DNA of 64,000 nt from Octopus vulgaris (lineage: Eukaryota). A model generated the notes under the pieces. It made no database searches. It saw nothing but the letters and a program-made list of their open reading frames with translations, and was not told the origin of the DNA. Positions 26,225 through 36,240 of the stretch are shown piece by piece (positions within the stretch are counted from its first letter, which is position 1; each line of letters opens with the position of its first letter). The position numbers and the translations under genes were made by a program. The stretch is from the NCBI GenBank assembly GCA_951406725.2, contig OX597815.1, forward strand, positions 71,548,001 to 71,612,000, given 5' to 3'.

Positions 26225-26436
26225 CCTTTCTACTAAAGGAACAAGGCCTGAAATTTGTGGAGAGGTGACTAGTAGATTGCATCAACCCTCATGTTTCACT
26301 GGTACTTGACTTATTGACCCCAAAGGATGGAAGGAAAAGTCAACCTCAGCGGAATTTGAACTCAGAACATAGCAACGGGTAAAATACCATCAAGCATTTT
26401 TGCCCAGTATGCTAACCATTCTGCCAGCTCACCAAC
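26170..26436 (-). mobile_element. SINE family B embedded in an (AAT)n tract
   Basis: SINE-B reverse complement at 26224-26436 with (AAT)n on both sides. Confidence 0.88.
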
Positions 26437-27481
26437 TGAATAATAATAATAATAATAATAATGAGGAGGAGGAGGAGGAAGAGTGGGCCAGGGCCTGGAC
26501 TAAGCACTACTGTGGGTGAGATCCAGCCCATGAGTCTTATGTTTGATACCCCAGAATTTTTGTACCATCCAAATATATTTTAAATGCCTTCCTCCAGTGT
26601 TTCTCCTCCCCTCTCTCTCTCCCCCCTCTCTCTAAGTATTTGTGCTTTACACCACAACTTGCCTCAGACGATGATGGAAATCATAACTGATTTCCATACT
26701 TTAGATCAATGAACGATGCAACTGATTTCTAGCATACCAGAATTTCTTAAGTGTTCCTTCATGTTCATTTTATTCTTTATTTCTTTATGTTTTTGAATTA
26801 ATACATCGCAAAAAAAAAGTAAATGCTTTTGATCTTGGTCCTTTATTCTACATTTAGTCCACTTTAGAAAGACGAATCCATTTCCTTTGGAAATATCGTT
26901 GGTAGATATTAAACAGAATACTGTCAAAGGTATTTCTGAAATCTGAAAATATTGATCGCAAATTTCCATAATAGAATGAAATATTATGTGATCCCTATTA
27001 CTGAATTATCCAGAAATCCTCATGCTGAACCACTTAATTCTGAGTGAGTGAGCAGGTGTATGTGTGTGTATTACCTGCATCACCTTGTGCTGCTTTCCTA
27101 CTTTTCTTTCTCAAAGTACTAGAATCAAATTTATCAATATAGTAAAAGTAAGTAATGTGTTGTTTCAAGTTCTAGGATTTGTAGGGCCAGTTACCCAGTT
27201 TCCATGCTGTATAAGTAGCAAAATAACAACATTGCCTCTTTATGGGATATCAGTGATTGAGAGATGACCAATAGAGATATGGGTGGTGTAAAATATGAGT
27301 AACAAAGGTAGAGGCAGTCATGAGATGAATAATACTGGCATAAAATTCCTACTGTAAATTCTTCCTACGACATTAAGCAACACGAAGTCCACTCACACAT
27401 ACACACACACACACATATAAACAGCCAAAACCACACACATACACAGACCTGTGCCCATGCACACGCACACACACACACACA

Positions 27482-27752
27482 TATCTCCTTCTCTTGCACT
27501 CTTCTGTCTTAGAAAGAACTTTTTCTTCACCCATTCCCTTCCAGTCATTTTGAAATGTAACCGCATGTGTATCATTGGCGATTTTCTTCCTCCATCTTCC
27601 CTTTCTTTGGACTTTCCTCTATTTCTAAAGAAGAGTAAGGCTCGAAACGTTAAATCCTCTTTCCTTCCTTTCCTGAACGTCTGATAATACAGTACTTGTA
27701 CCACATCCTCATGTTATTGTTTTTTCTTGTTTGTTCTTCTTTGTTTGGATTC
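27482..27752 (+). mobile_element. Short pyrimidine-rich unit with a hammerhead-like motif (solo Penelope pLTR-like or retrozyme-like)
   Basis: About 270 bp between (CA)n and (TA)n tracts; contains attt-CTAAAGA-A-GAG-taagg-CTC-GAAACGTT-aaat. Confidence 0.5.
27621..27655 (+). ncRNA. Minimal (dimer-type) hammerhead-ribozyme-like motif with one core substitution
   Basis: Stem I attt/aaat, core CTAAAGA (CUGANGA with G>A), stem II GAG/CTC, GAAAC-GTT with palindromic AACGTT. Confidence 0.55.
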
Positions 27753-27753
27753 A

Positions 27754-27799
<46 letters not shown>

Positions 27800-27804
<5 letters not shown>

Positions 27805-28028
27805 TTTCAAATTTTGGCACAAGACCAGCATTTTGGGGGAGGGGTTTAGTCAATTACATTGACCCCCAGTGCTCAACTTGTACTTAATATATCAATCCCA
27901 AAAGGGTGAAAGGCAAATTCGACGGCAAATTCGACCTCAACGGAATTTGAACTCAGAATGTAAAGTCAGAAGAAATACCACTTAGCATTTTGTTCGGCAT
28001 GCTAATGACTCTGCCAGTTCACCACCTT
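27800..28028 (-). mobile_element. SINE family B with an internal 12-bp tandem duplication
   Basis: SINE-B reverse complement; ggcaaattcgac repeated twice at about 27912-27935. Confidence 0.88.
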
Positions 28029-28051
28029 GCATGTATATGTATATATGTGTA

Positions 28052-28106
<55 letters not shown>

Positions 28107-28241
28107 CCTTTTGTCTCAGTCATTGGCTGTGGTCATGCTGGGGCACTACCTATATACACACACATGCATATTCATGTTCATAATATACATACCTAAAGGT
28201 ACATTCCTACTTTTGCATATATACATATAAATATATCTACA

Positions 28242-29210
28242 TTCAGGAAGCTCCTAGCTCTGCTAGCAATTAAGGACCTCTCGCTCAGGATGAAAAGTAG
28301 ACTGTATGATGCATGTGTGTGAACTGCCATGCTATACGGCAGTGAAACATGAGCTATGACTACTGAGGACATGTGTAGGCTTCAAAGAAATGAAGCTAGT
28401 GTGATCTGCTGGATGTGTAATATTTGTGTGCATACACAACAGAGTGTAAACACCCTGAGAGAAAAGTTGGTCATAAGAAGCATCAAATATGGTGTGCAAG
28501 AGAGACAACTGTGTTGGTATGGTCATGTGTTACATATGGATGAGGACAGCTGTGTAAGGAAGTGCCACTCCCTAACTGTGGAGGGAACTTGTGGAAGAGA
28601 TAGACTCTAGAAGGCATGGGATGAAGTGGTGAAGCATGACATTTGGAGATATGCTGTGATTGAAAGATCTAACAACTAAAGTGAGTTTACAGCCATGCAT
28701 GTCCAGCCCAGTTAAGAGTACCCCTGATGCATCGGCAATATGATATGCTTGAGAAGACTTGTTGAGTCAAGTAAAACCAATATCATAGCTGTAACCAGTG
28801 CCCCTTGACTGGGCCCCATACCAGTGGCACTTGAAAAGCACCATCCGAATGTGGTCAGTGCCAGGTCTGCCTGACTGGCCCCCGTGCCAGAGGCATGTAA
28901 AAGGGACCATCCAAACGTGGCCAATGCCAGTACCCCCTGACTGTCCCCCGTGCTGGTGGCACATAAAAAGTGCTATCTGAACGTGATCAATGCCAAGCCT
29001 ACCTGACTGGCTCCTTTGCCGGTTGTACATAAAAAGCACCCACTACACCCACTCAGAGTGGTTGGTGTTTGGAAGGGCATCCAGCTGTAGAAATATTGGC
29101 AGATCAGATTGGAGCCTGGTACAGCTGCTGGTTCTCCAGACCTCAGTCAAACTGTCCAACCCATGCCAGCATGGAAAACGAACGTTAAACAATGGTGAGG
29201 ATAATGATAT
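28242..29210 (+). pseudogene. Older 5'-truncated RTE LINE (C-terminal coding part plus 3' UTR)
   Basis: ORF 28356-28610 (EDMCRLQRNEASVICWMC...LCWYGHVLHMDEDSCVRKCHSLTVEG) aligns with the C-terminus of the 53300 ORF; in-frame stops; shared 3' tail. Confidence 0.93.
28795..29040 (+). repeat. 66-bp diverged tandem repeat x4 in the RTE 3' UTR
   Basis: Units start at 28795, 28861, 28927 and 28993, each with tgactg...gtgcc..tggcac.taaaaagcacc. Confidence 0.85.
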
Positions 29211-29929
29211 TTCCACAGGTTTTAACATCTTTATGTATGTAGAGTGAGAGAGAATTGTGTATGGCTGCTTCTGAGTGTACATGTGTGGGAGAGAACCGAT
29301 CAATGTGTTTTGTGCTATTAGTTTTTAACCAACACTTTCTTTAGGCCAGTCTTTATATTCATTTATCCAAGGTTAATAAACTAACGGTAGCATTATGCTG
29401 TGGTTGAATAACATAACTGTTTTCTCACACAAAAAAAATGGGAGTGCTTAAAAGAAAGAAATCAAAAGATGCATGTGTGTGTGTGTGTACATAATAGCAT
29501 GTGTAAACCTAAATAAAAGAAACAAAGCATTAATATTTCAGATTCCAAAGTGATGTGGGTGTGACTTAACACTAGAGTATTGAGTCAACATTTCCTCTAT
29601 TACAGATGGTTCTTTAGTTCATTTTAGGTACCTCAATTGAGATCATACGGGAGCACTCCTTCATTACAGACTGCTTTGTATTGTGTGTTCCACAATTGTG
29701 TTTAGTCATATTTAACGTTGCTAATTAGTGAGCAAATGAATTGTTACATTCCTTTAGAGATGGTTGAGTGAGGGCACTAGAAATCATTGCATTTAGATTA
29801 TCTTGAAATGTGTTAGATTGATTTTCTTAGCTTTTTATAAGGCTATTTTGTCCAGACAATTCTACAGCACCATACCTTTTAAATTTCAATCTGCTGTGGC
29901 ACAGATTTTTTTTTTTATTCTTTTATACA

Positions 29930-30273
29930 TGTGTTTCAAGAAGGAAGCTCATGAAAGGTTCAAAACCTCTCATGGCCTCAACGCAAGACCAAAGAGGAGA
30001 TTTTATAGAAACATTCCAACTATCTCTGCTATTGCTACTAAAGACAGTGTAGTCTTTGCAGGCCAGTATTATCCTTCTAAACATCAAACCTTATTGGATG
30101 TTATATTTCAGAGATTTCCACACCCTAATAGCAGACAAAGACCGCTCAACTATAATGATGTTATCAGCAGAGAGGGAGAAAGAGAGAGACAAAGAGACAA
30201 CCTGAAATTTAGGACCTACCAAAACTCGTCAGGGACAGAGATTCACATGACAGTGTGGTGGAGTGCATCTTGA
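29930..30273 (+). pseudogene. Degraded C-terminus of a second, distinct RTE-like LINE family
   Basis: FYRNIPTIS...VVFAGQYYPSKHQTLLDVIFQRFPHPNSRQRPLNYNDVISRE resembles the LRFAGHC.R.../RGRP...Y.D.I C-terminal region of RTE-group ORFs. Confidence 0.55.
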
Positions 30274-30459
30274 TTGCAATTGCTTGAAGAAATAGAAATT
30301 GTGTTGGTCACTGTATTGTGTAGATGGACATATTTTATTCATCTCTCTCTTCCTTTACTCAACCATCCCATCCCTTGTGAGTATGCCTGGCACTTTACCA
30401 CCATCTCTATTCTGCTGTCTCCCTCTTTCAAGATCACCTCACAAGATCACCTCCAATGA

Positions 30460-30740
30460 CCCTGTCACTTAAAAGCACCCAGTCCACACTGTAAAGTGGT
30501 TAGCATTTGGAAAGGCATCCAGCTGTAAAAACCTTGCCAAAGATGACCTTGCCTGTGCTTGTGCTACATAAAAAGCACTAATTCCACTCTGCTGAGTGGT
30601 TGGTGTTAGGAAGGGCATCCAGCTGTAAAAATCCTGCCAAACCAGTTACAGAAGTCTGATGCAGGCTACTGCCTGGCTGGCTCTTGTCAAACCAGTATGG
30701 AAGGCAGACATTAAATGATGATGGTGATGATGATGATGAC
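30460..30740 (+). mobile_element. RTE 3' tail fragment with an internal duplication
   Basis: Two copies of aaaagcac...gtggtt...aagggcatccagctgtaaaa, ending in (GAT)n. Confidence 0.85.
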
Positions 30741-31108
30741 ATTCAGTGATAGTCATTAGGGTCAGCGTTTATCTGTGAAAATAGAAATACAAATATAAGT
30801 GTACCTTGTCCAACATGCAGAAACATCTGAAATTGCCAAGATTCACATTTTTATACTGTATGCATTCTGACAAAAACAGATGTCAAAGGCCAAAGTTTCA
30901 CTTTAGATTTCAATAGTATGAGATCACATAACATTTCTCAGACAATCTGGTGCCTACTTACCAAAGTTATCTCAACTGAGGAATATGAACAGTGTAAATA
31001 TAGAAAATCTTCTAAATTATTCCTATACTTCAAGGGGCTTTTAAAGGCCTCCAGTTTTATTGAATTAAATTGATGAGACAAATTTCACAATATTTTAGAA
31101 GAACCAGC

Positions 31109-31338
31109 TTAACCTTTCAAATATCAACCCTCTTGAGACTGTTCTTAGTTCTATAATACCAACTTCTTATTCTAAAATAGTCTAAATTAAAACTGTATGA
31201 CAAAATTTCATGTTAATTTCAGTTCCAGACACCAGATTGATTATAACAAAATTATTTTAGTAAATTCTCCATTGTTTTCAGAATTACATGTAACAAAAGC
31301 AATGTATTTTGACAGAAATATGGTAACAAAATGGTTAG
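31109..31338. mobile_element. piggyBac-type MITE
   Basis: TTAA-cctttcaaatatc ... gaaatatggtaacaaaatgg-TTAG; right end resembles the reverse complement of the left end of 45323-46407. Confidence 0.65.
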
Positions 31339-31552
31339 CTGAGTCAATATTTCTGGATATTCTAGTACTTATTCCCAACGGCTAGATGAATTTTGTACAA
31401 GTAGAATTCTATTCACATACACAGCAAAATTCTAGCAGGAGATTTGAGTTCAAGACATTAAATGTTTTGTTACTGTATCCACTCTGTCATTCTATTTCTC
31501 CATTGAGAATTAAATCTTCAGTCTTAAAAGCAAAATAAGCTCTTACCATTAG

Positions 31553-32370
31553 ATGCAGGCATGGCTGTGTGTTTAACAAGCTTGCTTTGTAATCACATGG
31601 ATTCAGGTTTAGTCCCATTGCACTGTACTTTGAGTAAGTGTCTTCTACTATAGGTAACCACTACCTTTTGCATGAACCTTATAGATGGGCGTAGGAGTGA
31701 CTGTGTGGTAAGTAGCTTGCTCACCAACCACATGGTTCCGGGTTCAGTCCACTGCGTGGCACCTTGGGCAAGTGTCTTCTACTATAGCCTTGGGCCAACT
31801 AAAGCCTTGTGAGTGGATTTGGTAGGCGGAAACTGAAAGAAGCCCGTCGTATATATGTATATTATATATGTATATTTATATATATGTATATGTCTGTATG
31901 TGTTTGTGTGTCTGTGTTTGTCCACTCCAACATCGCTTGACAACCGATGCTGGTGTGTTTAGGTCCTCGTAACTTAGTGGATTGGCAAAAGAGACCGATA
32001 GAATAAGTACTAGGCTTACAAAGAATAAATCCTGGGGTCAATTTGCTTGACTAAAGGCAGTGCTCCAGCATGGCCACAGTCATATGACTGAAACAAGTAA
32101 AAGAGTATGGGAACTATGTAGAGGCCCATCCAATACACACACACATACGTGTGTACATGTATTTTTTGTCTGTGTTTCTGTACACTCTGCTGCTTGACAA
32201 TTAGCTTTGGTCTCTTTACGTTCCCTCAACTTAGCAGTTCAGCAAAAGTAACTGATAGAATAAGTAACAGACTTAAAAAAGAAAAAAAGTACTAGAGTCA
32301 ATTTGTTTAACTAAACCCTTCAAGGCAGTACCCCCAGCATGGCCACAGTCCAATGACTGAAACAAGATAT
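31553..32370 (+). mobile_element. Old SINE-A copy interrupted by a younger SINE-A
   Basis: 5' part 31553-31689 and 3' part 32107-32370 rejoin as tagatggg-aact, matching the family sequence. Confidence 0.85.
31688..32106 (+). mobile_element. tRNA-derived SINE, family A, young full-length copy
   Basis: A-box-like gtgactgtgtggtaag, B-box-like gggttcagtcc, core ccttgggcaagtgtcttctactatagcc, tail gactgaaacaagtaaaagag; atggg duplicated at 31685-31689 and 32107-32111. Confidence 0.93.
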
Positions 32371-32711
32371 AAAAAAAAAATGATTGATTGGAACAGGCAG
32401 TCTGCAACATACTAATATCTTTTTTCCTTTTTTCGTCTTTTGGTCATGAATCAGATAAGAAACCACAGATTTAATATCATATAAAGACCTTGAAAAGCAT
32501 TAAAAATAGAAGCAAAATCAAATAGACTAAATAGATGAAAAATCAAAAGAATTAGAGATCAGGATCAGATATCCATCTTGTTTACCTGACTAAGTTGTTC
32601 TTTCTTCGTCTAAGTCTGCTCAGAAATTTATTTGACTGTGTGGTGCTGAATTTATTCAGTTTACATATGTTTGTCCAAGTGTCTGGCTTTTGTTTATTGG
32701 TTTCTCCTCAT

Positions 32712-32965
32712 TTCTTCTTCTTCTTCTTCTTCTTCTTCTTCTTCTTCTTCTTCTTCTTCTTCTTCTTCTTCTTCTTCTTCTTCTTCTTCTTCTTCTTCTT
32801 CTTCTTCTTCTTCTTCTTCTTCTTCTTCTTCTTCTTCTTCTTCTTCTTCTCCTTCCTTCTGGCTTCTGGCTTCTTCTTCTTCTTCTTCTTCTGCTCCTCC
32901 TTCCTTCTGGCTTCTTTCTTCTTCTTCTTCTGCTCCTCCTTCATTCTGGCTTCTTTCTTCTTCAT
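32712..32965. repeat. (TTC)n/(GAA)n microsatellite, pure to about 32850, then degenerate higher-order units
   Basis: Seen directly. Confidence 0.97.
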
Positions 32966-33017
32966 TTTTACTACTATTATTATTATTATTATGATTAGTA
33001 TTATTATCATTGTTATT

Positions 33018-33610
33018 AAGGCAACAAGCTGGTGGAATGATTACACATCAGGCAAAATGCTTAGCAGCATTTCGTTTCTCTTTATGCTCTGAGTTCAAAT
33101 TTGCCTTTCAACCTTTCAAAATTGATCAAGTATGTACTGGGGTTGATGTAATCGACTAGTCTCCTCCCACCAAATTTCAGGCTTTGTGCCTTTAGTAGAA
33201 AGCATTATTATTATTCATAGCTTTATAAGGCAGTAAGCTGGCAAAATGGTTAGCACACCATGCAAAATACTCAGCAGCATTTCGTCTGTCTTTACATTTT
33301 GAGTTCAAATTCTGTCAAGGTTAATTTTGCCTTTCATCCTTTCAGAGTCGATGAAATAAGTACCAGTTGAGCAATGTAATCGGCTAGCACCCCCTTCCCC
33401 AAATTTCAGGCCTTGTACCTATCGCAGAAAGGATTCATCATCATCATCATCATCATTATTAGGGCAGTGGGCTTGCAAAATCATTAGCCTACTAGACAAA
33501 ATTCTTAATGGCATTTCATCTATCTTTACATTCTAAGTTCAAATTCCAAGGTCGATTTTGCTTTTCGTCCTTTTAAGGTCAATAAAATAAGAACAACTTG
33601 AGCTTTCAAG
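33018..33610 (+). mobile_element. Three head-to-tail SINE-B copies
   Basis: Heads at about 33018, 33227 and 33461, separated by (TAT)n/(CAT)n. Confidence 0.88.
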
Positions 33611-33721
33611 GTTAAATAGTAATTCTGTTTACGTTTGTGCAACTGAGGTATTTTGGTTGGATTATATAGTCATTGGTGTTACATTACTTTCCATATCATG
33701 TAATTGTTACAATATACTTCT

Positions 33722-33860
33722 AGCCTGAATTTTTTGTTGGGAGGGGGCCAGTTGATTAGATCGACCCCAGTACACAACTGATCCTTAATTTATCGACCCC
33801 AAAAGGATGAAAGGGAAAGTCGATCTCGGCAAAATTTGAACTCAGAATGTAAAGACAGAC
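33722..33860 (-). mobile_element. SINE-B, 5'-truncated
   Basis: cttaatttatcgaccccaaaaggatgaaagggaaagtcgatctcggc...tgaactcagaatg. Confidence 0.85.
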
Positions 33861-33989
33861 ATTCATAATATACATATATTTCTCATGGCACCAGTACACT
33901 GTTTACAGATGCTTATATTTTTTATGTTTTCCATGAGTTTTTCACAGGTCCAGCTAGTTATTTTTATTATTATTATTATTATTATTATT

Positions 33990-34120
33990 CCACCGAGGTC
34001 AACTTAGCTTTTTATCCTTTCAGGGTCAATGAAATAAATGCCAGTCAAGTACTGGAATCAATGTAATTAACTAGGCCCCTCCTTTGAAATTTCAGACATT
34101 GTGCTTATAGTTGAAAGAAT
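33990..34120 (+). mobile_element. SINE-B, 5'-truncated
   Basis: ccaccgaggtcaacttagctttttatcctttcagggtcaatgaaataa, flanked by (TAT)n. Confidence 0.8.
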
Positions 34121-34189
34121 TATTATTAAACATCTTTAACCAAACATTACATTTCAAGCTCCAGGAAGAGTCATTTCAAATCCTGTCAT

Positions 34190-34400
34190 TATCATCACCA
34201 TCATCATTTAATGTCCATTGTCCATGCTGGTATGGGTTGGACAGTTTGACCAGTGCCAGAGAGCTGCACCAGACTCCAGTCTGATTTGGCATGGTTTCTA
34301 TGGCTGGATGCTCTTCTTAACACCAACCTCTTTACAGAGTGTGCTGGGTGCTTTTACACAGCACTGCTTGAGTGCTTACGTGTGGCACCGTACAGGCACT
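34190..34400 (-). mobile_element. RTE 3' tail fragment
   Basis: catcatttaatgtcc...catgctggtatgggttggacagtttgacc...tggctggatgctcttcttaacaccaacc. Confidence 0.85.
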
Positions 34401-34519
34401 CTTACATAGCACTGCATGTGTTGGTGTTAAGTTCTGTTATTTAAAGCAAAACAAAGAGAACCTGTTTTCTTTTTTTTTTTTTAAATAAACCAAATGTTAC
34501 AATGTGTCACACTGCTTCA

Positions 34520-34642
34520 TGTGCACTACTACTTCTACTACCCCTGCCACCACAACTACCGCGACAACCACTACTGCTACCACCACTACTGCCACCACCA
34601 CTACCGCTACCACCACTACCATTACTGCCACCACCTCTACCC
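34520..34642. repeat. Degenerate (CTA/CCA)n trinucleotide tract
   Basis: Seen directly. Confidence 0.9.
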
Positions 34643-35438
34643 AGCCAAATCTCTACATCTATGATTCTTTGGTGCTTAAATCAAGCATTGTGTAATGTCT
34701 CTCCTTCCTTCTGCTCTGACTTCGTCATTTTAACTAACAGAGGTTGGTATAATGACAACTGGCCATGTTCTACTGTAATTTCTATGGAGTTAGAACCAAT
34801 GGTTGTGTGATTGTTGTTGTGAAAGACAATAAAATAGAATCAAGCTTTGGTGTAGCAGGTTTTCAGAGGGACAAGTAGAAGGGGATTTTCTGAGGGGAGA
34901 GGGTCCCATTGGGTTATTCTTTCTGATAGATGGGTGGGGAATTATGGAGGGATTTGTTGGGGTCTTTTTTTTTTGCTTTTCTTGGCTAGGATAATTGGTA
35001 AAAATGGAAGCTGAAATTGTTTGTTTATTAGGTGCGGTTTGATTTGGTTTGGTTTGGCTGAAAGGGTGTGTGACTGAGATAAGGGCTGGCATGATGATGA
35101 AGAGCAGCAGCAACCTGATGATGATGATGATGATGATTTCTTTTATTAACCACAAAGGTCAACAGAATATTCAAGGGGATGATGATAATGCGTTTTTCAT
35201 TAACCACAAAATTGCGAATGGTGATTTCTTTTCCTTTGCTTTTTCTTCTTGTCATCATCATCTTCATTTATTATTATTAACAACACATAGAACATCTTCA
35301 TTGTGTTTACACAACTGCATTAGTCCCCCTACATCTGTATAAAAAAAAAAGGAAGAGAGCGAATATTAAAGAAATTACAAAATTTGCAGATCCACCTACA
35401 ACAGTATCTTACTTTCACTTTCTTCTCCCTCCTCCTCC

Positions 35439-35469
<31 letters not shown>

Positions 35470-36042
35470 TACCCTTCTCCCATCCTCCCAGACACTCTGT
35501 TTCTGTTTGTGTTAAAGAAAGGCATAGAACAATATCTCTAAAGAGTTCTATTGTAGTTACTGTAATTATTCAATATTCTAACATGAAACTTCTAATTATC
35601 AAGGTTATTACATTAATGAGATGAACACATTGTATTTGTTTTTTGCGAGGGGTGGGGGTCTGTTTTTTTTGTTGTTTTTTTTTATATTTTGAAAAAATGA
35701 AAAAAAAATTTTAAATCAACAACACATGTAAAAAATGCATTTACAAGACATTATTTTTCATATTTTTCTTGTAACAGTTTCTCTGTATACCTTCTCTTTC
35801 AAAAAAAAAATAATAGCCCTCACTTCCCGACAACTAAAAGTGATGTCTAGAAAAGGAAATTAAAGGTATCCATCCTAGCTTAATGTCAACTCATCAGTTC
35901 TCCTGGGAGACAATTCCATCCGTCTCTCTGGATCACAAAACTGCTTGTCTTTCCCCAGTGAGTTCATTCAGCACTCTGTTTCTTTCTCACAACCAGCTTT
36001 GATGTTAACGAGTGGGGTATATTCTCACCAAGATAATAATGA

Positions 36043-36240
36043 TGAGCTGGCAGAATCAGGCAAAATGCTCAGTGGCATTTCATCTGTCTGTACTTTCTGA
36101 GTTCAAATTTCACCAAGGTTGATTTTGCCTTTCGTCCTTTCAGGTTCAATAAAATAAATGCCAGTTGAGCACTTAGGTTGATGTAATCATCTTATCCCCT
36201 CCCCCAAAATTGTTGGCCTTGTACCAAAATTTGAAATCAG
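36043..36240 (+). mobile_element. SINE family B
   Basis: gagctggcagaatc...ttctgagttcaaattt...ttttgcctttcgtcctttcagg. Confidence 0.85.

Noticed and set aside
25340-26553. hAT-like element bounded by ctagggtgtccaaa and tttgataccccag
   Set aside because: Ends match only loosely and no 8-bp TSD could be confirmed
26660-26702. cagacgatg-atggaaatc/gatttccat hairpin as a hammerhead
   Set aside because: The hairpin is real but no GAAA or cleavage triplet follows
28795-29040. CRISPR-like repeat-spacer array
   Set aside because: Whole 66-bp units are homologous with no unique spacers; they lie in a LINE 3' UTR in eukaryotic DNA with no cas genes
32595-33092. Poly-F/S/L/K ORFs
   Set aside because: Translations of the (TTC)n microsatellite
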